Positions 37,570-61,567 of a stretch of 64,000 nt of DNA are shown here, in pieces. The DNA is from Lingula anatina (lineage: Eukaryota; Animalia; Brachiopoda), in NCBI GenBank assembly GCA_051362555.1, contig CM120644.1, positions 12,608,567 through 12,672,566 of the forward strand, in the 5' to 3' direction. Numbering within the stretch: position 1 is the first letter of the stretch; each line of letters opens with the position of its first letter. Position numbers and translations under genes: made by a program. Below the pieces are notes generated by a model. That model was given only the letters and a program-made list of their open reading frames with translations, did no database searches and had not been told where the DNA came from.

Positions 37570-40500
37570 CCGTGCACTTTTACCGATAACATGATAAGTG
37601 GAAAACCATTTTACCTTTTGACTTGAAACTTGCAGAACTGATGAATATTCATAATACGCAGGTCAAGTTCGAAAATCAGCATGATCGGGTCACTTTTAGG
37701 GAATTTATGCTGTTTTTTATGTACAGACACAGATGTGTCTGTACATATAGCCGTCACCTGCGTCTGTCGTCGCCGTTGCCGTTGCCGTTGGCGTGCACTT
37801 TTACCGATAACACGATAAGTGGAAAACGGTTTTACCTTTTGGCTTGAAACTTACAGAACTGATGAATATTCATAATACGCAGGTCAAGTTCGAAAATCAG
37901 CATGATTGGGTCATTTTTAGGGAATTTATGCTGTTTTTTCACTTTTTTCAGCATATATACAGCACCGATAACACGATAAGTGGAAAACCATTTTACCTTT
38001 TGGATTGAAACTTACAGAACTGATGAATATTCATAATATGCAGGTCAAGTTCAAAAATCAGCATGATGGGGTCATTTTTAGGGAATTTATGCTGTTTTTT
38101 CACTTTTTTCAGCATATATGCAACCCCGATAACACGATAAGTGGAAAACCATTTTACCTTTTGGCTTGAAACTTACAGAACTGATGAATATTCATAATAT
38201 GCAGGTGAAGTTCGAAAATCAGCATGCTTGGGTCATTTTAAGGGAATTTATGCTGTTTTTTCACTTTTTTCAGCATATATGCAACACTGATAGCACAATA
38301 TAAGAAAAACAGATAGGCCAATTGTCATTATACTCACAGGAGTAGTCAAACTAACTAAAACGCAGGTTGAGTTCGAAAATCAGCATAATCGGGCCTTTAT
38401 TTTAGAAGTTATGCTGTTTTTTCACATTTCCTCAGATTCAATTCTTAGGCATGTTAACAGTCTCATTATTTAAATAATAAGATAAGTAAAAGTGTTTGTT
38501 TGATATTTCCTGCATCTTTACAACATTGTTAATTGATTATGTAAAAATGATGGTAAACTTGTTATCGTGTATTGTGTAATAAAGTGTCAAAAATGGAAAT
38601 AAACTCATATCATTGCAGTTTGTCAGATTCAATCATCCACTATGTTCAGAATTTCAGAATGGAGGAAATTGGACATTTAACACTGTTCTATTGATATTTT
38701 TCCCATCTCATCAATTTTCTTAGTTGGTTATATAAAAATGGCAACAAACTGTTTATTTTGTTTTATGTTAAAAAAGTGTTAAAAATGGAAATAAACCCAT
38801 TTCAGAACAGTGCTGTCTTGTTTACATTTTGGCATTTTTAAGATGTGACTTTGAAGTTCCATGAGCCTGCAGACCTTTGCTAGTCACATTTTCTGAATAT
38901 CCATTATACTAATATTATATGATTAAAAATTGATGGTCATAATGCTGTTAAACATTATGTAATATTCCATCAAAATTTGAAGAAACCCCTATTTTGGGCA
39001 CTGCTCCCATGATGACCATTTAAGAAAAACCATGTCACTTACTGTTTTCAAACTTACAGGAAAGAAACATAGTGCTGAAATACAGCTTCAGTAGGCAATG
39101 CAGTCTGTTTGGTAATTTTTCTGGCAGTTAAACAGTTTTTTGTGAAAATTTAATTTTTCACATATTGGCATTTTCAAGGTGTGACTTTGAAGTTCCATGA
39201 GCCTGCAGACCTTTGCTAGTCACGTTTTCTGAATGTTCATGTTACTAATATTCTATTATTAAAAATTGATGGTCATTATGCTGTTAAACATTATGTAATA
39301 TTCCATCAAAATTTGAAGAAACCCCTATTTTGGGCACTGCTCCCATGATGACCATTTAAGAAAAACCATGTCACTTACTGTTTTCAAACTTACAGGAAAG
39401 AAACATGGGGCCAAAATACAGCTTCAGTAGGCAGTGCAGTCTGTTTGGTAATTTTTTCTGGTAGTTAAACAGTTTTTTGTGAAAATTTAATTTTTCACAT
39501 ATTGGCATTTTCAAGGTGTGACTTTGAAGTTCCATGATCCTGAAGACCTTTGCTTGTCACGTTTTCTGAATGTCCATGTTACTTATATTCTATTATTAAA
39601 AATTGATGGTCATTATGCTGTTAAGCATTATGTAATGTTGCATCAAAATAGAAGAAAACACAATTTTTGTTGCTGCTGCCATGATGACCATCATGGGAAA
39701 ACTGTGTTATGACTGTCAAACCTTTAAAAAAACAAACACAGGACTAAAATGCAGAATGAGTTGGAAAAGCAGTCTAATTGGTTTCTTTTTCTGGAAGTTA
39801 TACATTTGAGTGAAATATTCATTATCTTTTTGGCATATTCATTGTGGGACTCGGAGCTCCCATGGACATGAAGCCGAATGGTAATCAAATTTTCTACATG
39901 TCCATGCTATTTATTGTCAATATTAAATCAAAAATTGGTGATAATTATTGTATAATTTATTATGTAATGTTACATCAAAATTGACAACAATATTTTTGCA
40001 TTGCTACTGCAAACATTAGTGTTACTTATTATTATTTTTAACTTACAAGTATGATTTTTAGGATTGGCATGCAGTTCAAATTAGAAAGCCAGGACAATTG
40101 GGTTATCATTTATTATTGAATTTATGCAATTTTGTGTGAAATTTTCATTTTTCTCATTCTGTCACTTTCTAAGTATAAACTTGCACTCGGATGGGCCTGA
40201 AGCCTTATGCTTTTACTTTCGTCGTTGTTACCTGTTGTGCATAATTAAAATTTGATGTTGCCTGTGCAGTAAAACGTAATGTACTATTGCATCAGAATTG
40301 GTAGTCTCCTATTTTGTGCATTATTGTTTTGTGCTTTTCTTAAGATGTGACTTATGGGCCTGAAAGACCTTTGAGAGGGTCAGTCTGTTAATATCCCTTG
40401 GGTATCACTTAGCTAATTTCTGAGTTATAAAGCCATTTGCGTAATTGATAGGCCATTAAAGGAGATTACATAAAGTACACTTGTTGATATTTCCTTGTAA

Positions 40501-43500
40501 ACTCCGAAAAGTTAAGCTCTCTTCTAGATTAATAATAAGGAAGCAGTGATAATTATGTAGGTTATTATATATATATATATATATAACCTGCATAATTATT
40601 ATATATATTAACCTGCATTAATTGATAATATATATAATCAAAGATTAAAAGTTTGAATAGCAGCTTCATTGAAATTATATTTACCTCAGGCTCTGCCAAG
40701 GAGGTTATATTTTCACCCCTGTTTGTCTGTCATGAACATAACTCAAAAAGTTATGGACCAATTTTGCTGAAATTTTCAGGAACTGTCTGAATTGGGCCAA
40801 AGAGGACAATGATTAGTTTTTAGTGGTGGTCTGGCTCAATAATCAATCAATAATCAATAATAATCAACAATTGCTGCCTTTGCAGAGGTCTGCACTCTCC
40901 GTGGTTTTCTAGTTTTGTTATGTTTTCCTTTACAATTTTTTCTCAAACACTTGCATTTATGACTTTTAACTCTCATCCGCTCGAGGCTCTGCACATTTTC
41001 TGTATTTCGACATAAGCAATTGTATTGTTTTTTATGTCTTTAAACATTATATAATATTATTTTATGCACTGTCATCATTTTTCAAATATTGAGACTTTCA
41101 TCATGTGACTTTAGTCCTTCATGGTCCTGAAACTGTAATCTTATTGAAGGGGTGGATTGAGACCATCTTCTGGGTCTTCTGGAAGACAGGTTATTAAGTT
41201 TATATTGACTGGTATCTATTTTTTTCTGTTGGAAGACCATCAAAATGGAGGATGAATCAACATAGATACTTTGGAATACTGTCAGAAAATATCTCTGGAT
41301 CTGCTCCTGTTATTGACCATGTTACCTGTTGTGCATGATTAAAATTCAGTGTTGACTGACAGTGCTATTACAAGCATTATTTATTATTGCATCAAAATTG
41401 ACAAAATGACCTTTTTTTTTTGCATCTTTATTTTCTGTTTTTTGTCTGTACATTTGACAGCTTTGCTGCCTTGTTTTTAGTTATAATTATGTCCTTGACG
41501 TAGAGTACCTAACAGGAAAGACAGAATCGGCATATATTGCAAAGGAAACCCCGATGACTATGTATGTCAACACACATGCGGCTCTGGAACAGATGAGGCA
41601 GAAAGCTGATGAAGAATTCACGCGTGGGCCAAGGGTAAAAATAATAGTTTCTGAATTACATTAGCTTGCTGTAGAAATTTTCCTGAATTTGGAAGGTTAT
41701 TTGAATTTTCCCAAAATAAAAAAAATGGCTTTAGGAATTGAATGATAGTTGGTGCTTTTTGATAAGTTTATACATATTTGAATTTGGTTGGGAAATGCCA
41801 GATGGTCTGAGGAAATATACATTTCTATAATACTTAAGAGAACAGTACTCTGGAACATCAGTCATTTTAAGTTTAGTCATTTCTTTGATTTCATATTAAA
41901 ACTACATGACACACCTATATTCAAATATATAATTAATATATATTAATAACTATTTAAAAAGGAATAGGTTATATTCTTATATCATATTTTATGTCCACAG
42001 GTAATGGTAGTTGGTCCCACTGATGTTGGCAAGTCCACAGTCTGTCGTATGTTACTGAACTATGCAGTAAGAATGGAGAGAGCCCCTATATATGTAGACT
42101 TGGATGTTGGCCAGGGAAACATTGCCATACCAGGGACAATAGGTAAAACATGTAGTCTGAGCAGTTTTCATTTGTTGGTTTTGACCGTGATTTTGTAAAT
42201 GAGAGACTGGCAAAAAAAAAAAAACAAAGCCTACACAAGGATACAACCAGCACTTGCTATGCAGAGTAACCTTAGACACTGTGACTTTTCTTTTGAATGT
42301 TATGCTGGTGACTCCAAGTACTTGCCTAGTGATATGAAATTACCCCTTACATTCTGATGACCATTGGACCAGCATTATAAAAAAAGTTTGAATTGAAATA
42401 TCGTTTTAAAACATCTGCATTCAGTATAACACTTTCTGTAGTCAACCTATAGGAATCAAACAATGGCTTTATTTTATATTCCAGGGGCACTGATAGTTGA
42501 GCGCCCAGCCAGCGTGGAGGAGGGATTCTCCGAGGTGGCTCCTCTTGTGTTCCACTTTGGCCACAAGTCCCCTGGTGACAATCTCACTCTGTATGATCTC
42601 CTGATATCACAGCTGGCAGAGATGGTCAACCTCAGGTGTGAGTCCAACAAGAGAGGTCAGCGTCTTATGAAGGTTTCTTTTATTATTCTTACAGTAAGGT
42701 TTATAAAAAAAATAATAAAAAAGCAATGTCTTCCATACGCAATGAAACCTCTTTGGTAGCAATGCACAAGTACAGTGCTGTTCTCCATTGGCTAAGGACA
42801 TATTGTCAGAGCATTTAGCAAGAAATGAAAGGTTCTAAATATCAGCGGACATAAGAAAGTTAAAATATGTGGTATAGAATTTATTCAAAATAATTGTCTT
42901 TATTTTAAAATGGATTTTAAAGTCCGAACTTTAATTTAAGGTACTCCCTGTAATATGACTCAGTCATTGTGTGGTGTCTCAATAAATGATAAATGATAAA
43001 TCATAAGTTTTAATATAAAACATATCATATTTCCTCTATTCCAGCCAACACCAGTGGTGTTGTGATCAACACCTGTGGTTGGGTGAGGGGTGGGGGCTAC
43101 CACTCTATTGTACACACTGCTGGGGCTTTTGAAGGTAGGTGGAGAGACTGCTGGTACAGTAAGTGATACTCTAGCTCAGCATAATACACCAAAACTTGTC
43201 ATATTGTACTGTTTATGCAGAGTTATATTTGTTATTTTGTACTGTTTATGCAGAGTTATGTTTGTTATTTAATATTTATTTACCTTATGTATGATAACAT
43301 AACTGATGATTATATAACTGATTTTTATCATAACCGCTGACCTTGACTTTTGACCTAAATTCCAGTTGACCTAGTTGTAGTCCTAGATCAGGAACGGTTA
43401 TACAATGAACTGAAGAGAGACCTGCCAGACTTTGTGAAAGTGATATTACAACCAAAATCAGGAGGTGTAAGTTATGCAGAAAAATAACTTTTGAATAACG

Positions 43501-46338
43501 ATAGTTTCATTGTGGACTGACACTATGTTTATCCAGTGCATGTTTGTTTGTTGTCATTTATTCCAAGTGTGTAACTAAGTAACGGCCATCACTGGATCTT
43601 TTCATTGGGGGAAATTGGATTTTACAGATACTGTATTTTTCAAGTCATAATATACTGAATAAAAATATAAATGCACGAAAGAATATGTAGATTTATTTTC
43701 ATATATGGAACTAGAGTATATAGCCAAAAATAACAGCATATTTTTCTCGACAAATAGACATCAATTTGAGAGCATAAGGGGAAGTTTAAATGCATAGTCC
43801 AAGAGTTAGGGCATCAAATACACCATGGGGGTCAACATCCTGAGTTCACAGACACCATTAAATTTGTGCAGAGCAGTACACCAGCGGCGCATGGACATCA
43901 CTAAGTTGTCAAGAGGCCTAAGGGATATTATCCCATTCCTCCTGGAGTGCTTCTTGCAGTTGGCGAACATTTTCAAGAGCTGGAACATGATGGCTGAAAA
44001 CTCTGATCCAGAACATTCCACAGGTGTTTGTTGGGCGACATGGTGCATGAGGGTGGTTCCAATTGCTACCAGTGTCTCTGGAGCGTGTTCCCAGACGGCT
44101 GACAGTGGAATGATGCACATTCAGGCATATGCTCCCTCATGGTTCCAGACAGCTGTGGCATGTTGACAAGTGGCAGAAATACACATTTTGGTGTGTCCTT
44201 TTATTGCCTAGGCGGTAGAGAGTGTCCGAGTATTGGTCTTGCAGATTGACCTCTACTCTGTCATGCTCCATTAGTCTAATGGGTGTAAAAACTGAACCTT
44301 GAGTATACTTACGGGGAGCGGCCAAGTGAAACCAGACCACTATAATTGATCAAAACAAATCCATCAGTTCACAAATAAACCATCAACCTGGGCATATTTC
44401 ATGATTATCCATTTCAACTGACCATTTTAGTTTCGTGCATTTATATTTTTGTTCAGTATAGGTTATTTCTTAAAATGAGAACATTCCTATTGAGTGGTAG
44501 CAACAAAATGAACAAAAAAAAAAAAAAAAGAAAACGGGCTACTCTATAATTGTATTCTAAGCAGTTAAAGCACCACAAATACTATGTAGAAATATATATT
44601 ATGTATATATTGTTATGATTGTAAAATTATGTATCTGAAAGTTTAATTATTTTTGCCCATTGGAAAGATCGTAATGAGTAATAACTGTATATGTTTCTCC
44701 AGGTGGTGGAGAGGAGCAAGGAGACCAGAGAGGAGTCCAGGGACAACAGGATCAGGCAGTATTTCTATGGCAAGAAGAATGACCTGTTCCCACACACATT
44801 TGAGGTGAAGTTCAATGAGGTGAAGATTTATAAGATTGGAGGTAAGATCATAGTGTAGAAAATCATATTTAGTTATGGAAAAGGTGGTTATTAAATAATC
44901 TTATATTCTGAAACTGAAGTGAATACGTTTGAGATATAATAAGAAATTAAAGAAAAATTATCAGTTTTGTAATCATTTCTTTTCTTAAGCCAATCATAAA
45001 TTAGAATTAGTTTGTCATTAGTGAAAACTTTACACACTGTCATGAATTAAGGTTATTAAATAAATTTTCAACACAACAAACTCGCAATTTAAATAATTAA
45101 TGATAAATGGTCGTGTGTTCTAGCCCCCAGTCTCCCAGATAGCTGTATGCCCATAGGGATGGTGGTCCAGGACAACAAGACTAAACTGGTACCCATTCAA
45201 CCCAGTAAGTGTCTGTGTGAATACAACTATTAGTGTAAAATATTGACATGGAGTTTTGAAAAATAAATTTTGTATAAAAAATAGTAGTATTTGTGTAAAT
45301 ACAATACTTTTGTGTAAAATCTGAACTTGGGAGTTTTGGAAAGTAAATTTGATTTAAAAAAGTAGTGAATCTGATGGTAATGGTGAAATGCACTTAGTCT
45401 TAGTTAAAGAAACCAAGGGCTGTTTTTAGAAGAAGATTTTATGCTTAAAGTTTTTCTGAACTTGAGGATAAATCAATAGTCTTTGTCCAGCAGTTCTATC
45501 AGTTGGTCATCTAACTTGCTAATTTACAAACTTACTAATTTGAAATTGTACTTGTGACTGTAGCTCATTTACGGTTGCAAACAAGTCCGTATCCAGCAGA
45601 GTTCTGTCAGTTGGCCATCTTGAAAGTGTATTTTATTGCAATTTCTGACTGTAATACATTCAGTAATTTACTGTTAATATTGCAGGCCAGTCTTTGTCCA
45701 ACAGAGTTCTCAGCATCAGCCTTGGAGAAGTGGGAGATGATGACATTGTCACCACAAATGTTGCTGGCTTTATTGTAATGTAAGTTATACAATGTTGTCC
45801 CCAGAGTGACTAGTGGAGAGATGTTTGTCTGGATTGATTGTAATGGTGTTTCAGTGTTTTTGTCACCAAATTTGCTCTCTCTCTTGTGTACACAGATGTA
45901 TTTGCACATACAATGTGTATCTTTGTAATATGTGTGTATCTTATGTAAAACATTGTCCAGATAAATTTTTCTTGCAATGGCTTATAATAGTGAATACACA
46001 TCAGTATCAACATTTATTGGGAACTCCATGCGTGCGACTATTTAAATGAATGTGATGAAAATTTGAGTAATACAAGATAATCTTGTCTTCTTTTCCAGGC
46101 ATTTTTGCCCCAACAAGCAATAAAAATTTGGAAAATCTAATGTCATATTAAATAAAACCGTTTCATGTGCACTTTAATGCTGTTCTACAGTATAGTACTG
46201 TCTCAATTGATACTAATATTTTACAGCACACAAGTTGACATGGACAGGCAGAGTTACACGCTGTTGTCCCCGTCACCAAGACCCCTCCCTAGGAGTGTAC
46301 TGCTGGTCTCAGATATACCCTTTATGGACATTAAATAA
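36388..46338 (+). CDS. CLP1: Polyribonucleotide 5'-hydroxyl-kinase Clp1, 424 aa
   Basis: Exons 36388-36408, 36755-36838, 37046-37159, 41509-41634, 42001-42142, 42485-42655, 43045-43134, 43366-43466, 44703-44841, 45124-45204, 45686-45779 and 46227-46338 total 1275 nt in one frame. Motifs: [16 protein letters not shown]-loop [30 protein letters not shown]; the protein ends FMDIK*. Confidence 0.97.
37160..41508 (+). other. U12-type (minor spliceosome) AT-AC intron, third intron of the CLP1 coding region
   Basis: 5' site ATATCCTTT at 37160, branch site GTCCTTGAC at 41491-41499 and terminal AC at 41507-41508. Removal gives in-frame HGCTVT|LTGKTE, collinear with Clp1. Confidence 0.95.
37491..41476 (-). 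mobile_element. ~4.0-kb Helentron/HINE-like element, copy B, inside the CLP1 U12 intron
   Basis: Reverse complement of 12200-16764. It has terminal palindromes at 37491-37520 and 37718-37747, the 161-bp satellite at ~37575-38420, a ~337-bp triple repeat (38845, 39181, 39518) and the 5' end TGTCTGTACATTTGACAGCTTTGCTGCCTTGTT. Confidence 0.8.
43653..44458 (-). mobile_element. Internally deleted Tc1/mariner transposon in a CLP1 intron
   Basis: 28-bp TIRs TACTGAA(T/C)AAAAATATAAATGCACGAAA flanked by TA. A transposase C-terminal remnant [17 protein letters not shown]...[15 protein letters not shown] lies at ~43870-43990, with a stop and frameshift. Confidence 0.88.
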
Positions 46339-47596
46339 TGTACTAGGAACAATGTGAGGGTTTGAAATCACCATCCATCCATTCATCCATCCATCATACC
46401 AAGACCAACTGTCATTGGCCAGCCATTGAGACAAATTCAAGCTAGTTCAGATGTTCTTTTCATGAAATCATCATCCATCATTTTGAGAACAAGTCTAGAG
46501 AATAGATCTTTCAGCCATTGAGACATCCAGTCTTAAATATTCCTTTTACTAACAAATACCAAGAAGTGCAGGGGCAAGTGCTTTAAATTACCAGCCATCC
46601 ATTAATGTGATGCGTCTGGCTTAGATGAAGGGCCAACTTGAGGCCATGGCTGTTGCTCACAATGGCAGGTTCAAGACAAGGCAGCTTCCCTAATCACATA
46701 TGCCACGTGATATTATTATTATTAAGGAAGAAGAGACAATTGTTTGAAACTACCCAGACTGTCAGTTAATATAAAGTAATGTGCTACTTATCAGTTATTT
46801 TGACTGATTTGCATAATGTCAAGAAAACCTCAGCCATTCTCAGGTATACCTTTCATGGACATTATTTTAGGCAAAGGCCAGTGTTTAATACTACTGTAGC
46901 AGTACTTTGTGGTTCAGGATGAGAAGTTTTAGTGATAAACTAAGTCTAGCGGCTTTTCTGGACAATGTCTCTCGCCTGTTGTGTTCGTGGATTATGAAAG
47001 GCTCAAAGTAATGAGCATTCATTTTTTCACTCTTTGGTAAAGTGGTAAAAAAGTTCATACAGTGCAGAAAAAAAGTATGCTGAGGAGCATACATTTTTAA
47101 AAACTATCAAAAGATTGCTTAACAAGGCAATTTGTGAAAAGGATGAACTATGTGAAATACAAGGTCAGAAAATAACTCGATTACGAATTATTTTATTCCT
47201 AAGCTTTTACACAATTTATATTTGTTTTTAAAACGGTCTTTTGTACAGAAAAATCAGTGCATCTTTTAGTGGTTTGAATAAAATATTCTGAGAATGACAA
47301 TAGATTGTTCAGAAGTCGATTTCAATACATACATGCAGTTATTTAACTTGTAAAAAATGTGTTCTTTAAAAATATTTTAAATTTCAATAATGTCTACAAA
47401 ATCACCCCAAAATTTGACAAATATATAAACGTAGCATTCAATACATTTGTTATGACATCAGATAAGCATTTACTTGATTCGAAAATTATCTTAAAATTGA
47501 CATTTCAAGCCATTACAATTTCTAAGTCATGGGGACTGGATGTCAAGAATTCACTAGCATGACTACCAGACTAGGATCCACCATACATGTTGAATA

Positions 47597-47599
<3 letters not shown>

Positions 47600-47643
<44 letters not shown>
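47600..47643. repeat. 44-nt poly(A) tract between the convergent CLP1 and ZAK 3' ends
   Basis: Visible directly in the sequence. Confidence 0.9.
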
Positions 47644-47647
<4 letters not shown>

Positions 47648-48708
47648 TCCTGCCTCTAAGCTTTAAGGCATGAATGCACTTCTGGCCTAAAAGAATAATT
47701 TTACCTGAAGGTATCATTATTTCCTCTTTTTAAGAGGAAGTTTGCTTTTATGCAAAGTAAACATGGCAGACATGAGATTCCATGAATTATAATTCATACA
47801 ATAAGATACATAAAAAAATTGGTAGTACGATTATCAAAGGCAAGTTGATTGCATTGGTCCTTCTATTTTGACCTTTGTGCCATTGCATCTGGTCCACCTT
47901 ACTTTAACATGCTTGGTATAAATTAGACATTACACAACTTAATTACCCTAAAATATATCCCCTACAGAGATAATTGGTAGTGTAGCATTCAATATTATAA
48001 GGTCTCGCCTTATTCAAAGCATTAAAAATGGAATAACACTGATGCAGTAAATTATCCATATATTTTTCTCCTATGACAGTGATGCTTCATTCAGTGATAT
48101 TGATGGTAAATGGTTGCATTTGTCATTTCTAGTTATTAAGTACATTAAAGCTTTTTATATTAAGTTTTTTCTCCTTATATTATACCTATGGTTCATCTAT
48201 ACAGCAACACCTTAACAAAGACCTCAAGGACTTGAAGACTTTTGGAATATAAAAAGGGCAATTTTCTGTCATTTGTAAGTGTGCTAAAGAAAGGAAAAAA
48301 TATTTCTGGCAAACTTTGTACTTATACACACTGATGATAAAACAATTTATGAGTGACCACAAAACTAAAAAAAAAAAAAGAATAAAACTTATATATTAAA
48401 TAATACAAAAAGTAGTAATTTTATTGGGTTTATTTAACTGAACACATACTATGTAAAATTGGCACTTTTAGCGTCTAAACAGATAAAATCTATACTTATT
48501 AACAGTACTTTAGTTGAGATCTTCTCTCAAAAATTTTTGTGGATCATTCTGACTAGATCTTAATATTTATGGCCACAGTGACTGGCTGTTTGCTTAATTT
48601 TATTTTAGCTAAAAAATTAAAAATATTCTAAACAGAAGCATTATGACATAACTTTTATCAATCCTGACCCGTGAACCTTTTCACTTAAATTCCACTAGTC
48701 AACCACTG

Positions 48709-58854
<10,146 letters not shown>

Positions 58855-59150
58855 TCATAAAAGGACTCAATCATAATGTACGTCTGCATCAATCAATGTA
58901 TATTTTACATGTGTAATTGTTCAATTTTGTGATTTTTAAGTTATACAAGTAATTATACAGATTAAAACAAACGTCAAGGTTCTAAGGGCATGATCGATGG
59001 ACATTTGACAATGGCTCCTTTTCCATTGTAAGTCAGCTTCATAGTCAACTAGATGAACTTAATCTCTGCAAAAAACTATATTTATTGTAAGGTCTGAAAG
59101 CAATCATTTCAACTACTTTCAACTTTCACTCAGAAAATGTCCCTTGGCAA

Positions 59151-59185
<35 letters not shown>

Positions 59186-59420
59186 CACATATTTCCTTTA
59201 CTCGGTATTTTGGTGTCTGATCGTGATTAAGGTGCAAAATTCTAACTTAGTAGGTTTGGCCAGTAATTTATAAATGTCCATCAAAGCGTGTGTCTACAGT
59301 AAGATGTTCTCGGTTGCCATCGAGTACCGATATATCAAGATTCAAGGCATCGCCGCTCAGCAAATCAATAAAATTATTACGATTCTTCCTTTGACTGCAA
59401 AGCATTACACTTAAGTCTTA

Positions 59421-59640
59421 CCTAGTTTATCGCCATCAGCACTGTCGCTTTTTTCTGCGTACATTGATCCACGTGTATTAAAAAGAATACGAAGTGTGTA
59501 AGGAAAACTATATTTTCCCCGATACTCTTTCTCCTTCCCGGTGTGGCGTGTAGGGCTCGGAGCGTGAACCATCCGTTCTGCACATGCGCACAAAGCGCAG
59601 GCAAATCTGAGAGACTTCGGCGTGTACAGTCCGTCTCTAT
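59421..59640 (-). promoter_or_regulatory. Probable ZAK 5' UTR exon and promoter
   Basis: CpG-rich patch; minus-strand donor AG|GTAAGA near 59420; acceptor TTTCCAG at 58796-58797 just upstream of the ATG; NRF1-like TGCACATGCGCA at 59579-59590. Confidence 0.55.
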
Positions 59641-60662
59641 CGATTTATCAAAACATTACGCTCGATTTATATAAGATTTGATAAGTAGAGGTATTTAACA
59701 GATGATAAGAAACATGGAGTACGATGTTTGTTTACTTTTAAGAGCCATTTACTTCAGGAAAACACAGCATGTAGGAGGAAATCACTAAGAGTGGAGGGAC
59801 TGAGGAAGGCTGATATCGGCGATTTTTTGGTCTACTTCAAAAGAACAAAGTAGAAAAAAGGGGGAAAATCATCTACCAGTTGGCAAGTAAGTCTAACGTA
59901 TGTTTTACTTGTTGATGTCAATTTGTAACCTTACACAGCAGGTAGAGTTACTACTACTAGTAAGTATAATGTACATGTACTACTCAGAGTAGTGCCCACC
60001 AATATTTCATAATGACAAAATCAAAAATGTGTCGAAATGTGTCTTCACTCTTCGGTGTATTAACAAAATTACTTGAATTACCTGGACAGTAAAGATACAC
60101 ACAGTTGCAGTAGAAATAAACATTTTCTGCACACTGATGCTGAGAATTGCCTTTAAATTTGGTGAATGACAATTCTGTATGTTTATTATTGATTTTAAGT
60201 TATTATTACTTAGGCAAGTCCTCTCTATCTGAAATGTTTGGAATTTCGTTGCTGAATTAATATACAATGTTGCACACTATAACAGACATTTGATTGTTAA
60301 ACTAATATGTTTTAATTTGATTCTTACTACAGTGCACAGCCTAGGTTTTTTTCATAGCCATTGTTAACTGAATCGGTCTGTGGGAAGGAGTACTCAACAT
60401 ATGCTTATTTCTTTAATTGTCTTAAGTAATTCATCAACTAAGATCTATGTTGTTTGACTTAAAATGTGAGAAGAACTATTATAACAAGCTGTAAATGCAG
60501 AGCCCTGGAATCATTATTTCAACACGTGAAAGAAAGATGAATTTTGCCCTTGTAGATAAAATTCACTTTTTGGGCTTGTAATAAAGAACAAACATACATG
60601 TACCTAATATTTCATTGAAAATTGGCAAATCTCTGATGAAAATTATGTATTTTTAAATCGTT

Positions 60663-60713
<51 letters not shown>

Positions 60714-61567
60714 CTTCTTTAAGTTAATCATATAATCAGATATATTCTAAATTTAACTATGTAGTAAGTACAAAATATACGTACGTGTATGGAGAGTTGT
60801 TGGTTTCCTTGTAAAGAAAGTCAAACAGAAATAGTCTCATAATAGGAAGAAGGGTTTGTCTCCACCTTTGTTATTAGGTAATTTCTTAATTACCTTTCAG
60901 CTTGCAGGCTTGTATGTATGGTCCTTACCAAGATAATCATTAAGTTAAAAAAATTAAAATTTTATTTAGCTTATTCTTTTTCTAAAGCACTGAAACAAGG
61001 ATATTAAAGTAGGTCACCTGTTAGATTTTTTAACTTGATTATATGGTCTTAACCATCTGTATGTCTGAAATCAAGTGAGTTTTTTTATCACAGGTGGACT
61101 GTTTTCAGTTTGAATATCTTGAAGAATTGATTTGATTAAAGGTACATATGTTTGTGTCACTTTGACTCAGTTAAAATGTCATTTGGCTTAAGCTCAGAGC
61201 TAATCACCTGTCAGTTTTTGTCATTATGAGAACAATGAAATGACAACTCTCAGGTACAGCATAAGTTTATATCAGGAGATAACATCACCAGTTACAGTTG
61301 ATTGTTCTTAATATGTCTTATTGCAACATTATTATCTGATAACTTTCACTTACTTTTTAACCAGCCTAATCAAGATGACTGACACTTAAAGCATGATGGC
61401 TTTTAAAAGGAAGAAAAAACTCCTCCTCATATTGCCAGCAACTAGGAGCCACACTATTGGTGAACATTCAAATTTAAAACCTAATTAGATGGAAGTTATG
61501 GTCCCTCTTTTTCTGCAGAAGGCATAATGAGCAATGTTTTTATTTGTGACTTTATACATTTTCCAGC

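Noticed and set aside
47600-47643. Poly(A) as the tail of a retrocopy or SINE
   Set aside because: No recognisable upstream element body or flanking TSD, and long homopolymers are common in this window.
59702-59886. Coding first exon of a divergent gene
   Set aside because: The ATG-initiated frames stop early. It is retained only as a possible non-coding exon.
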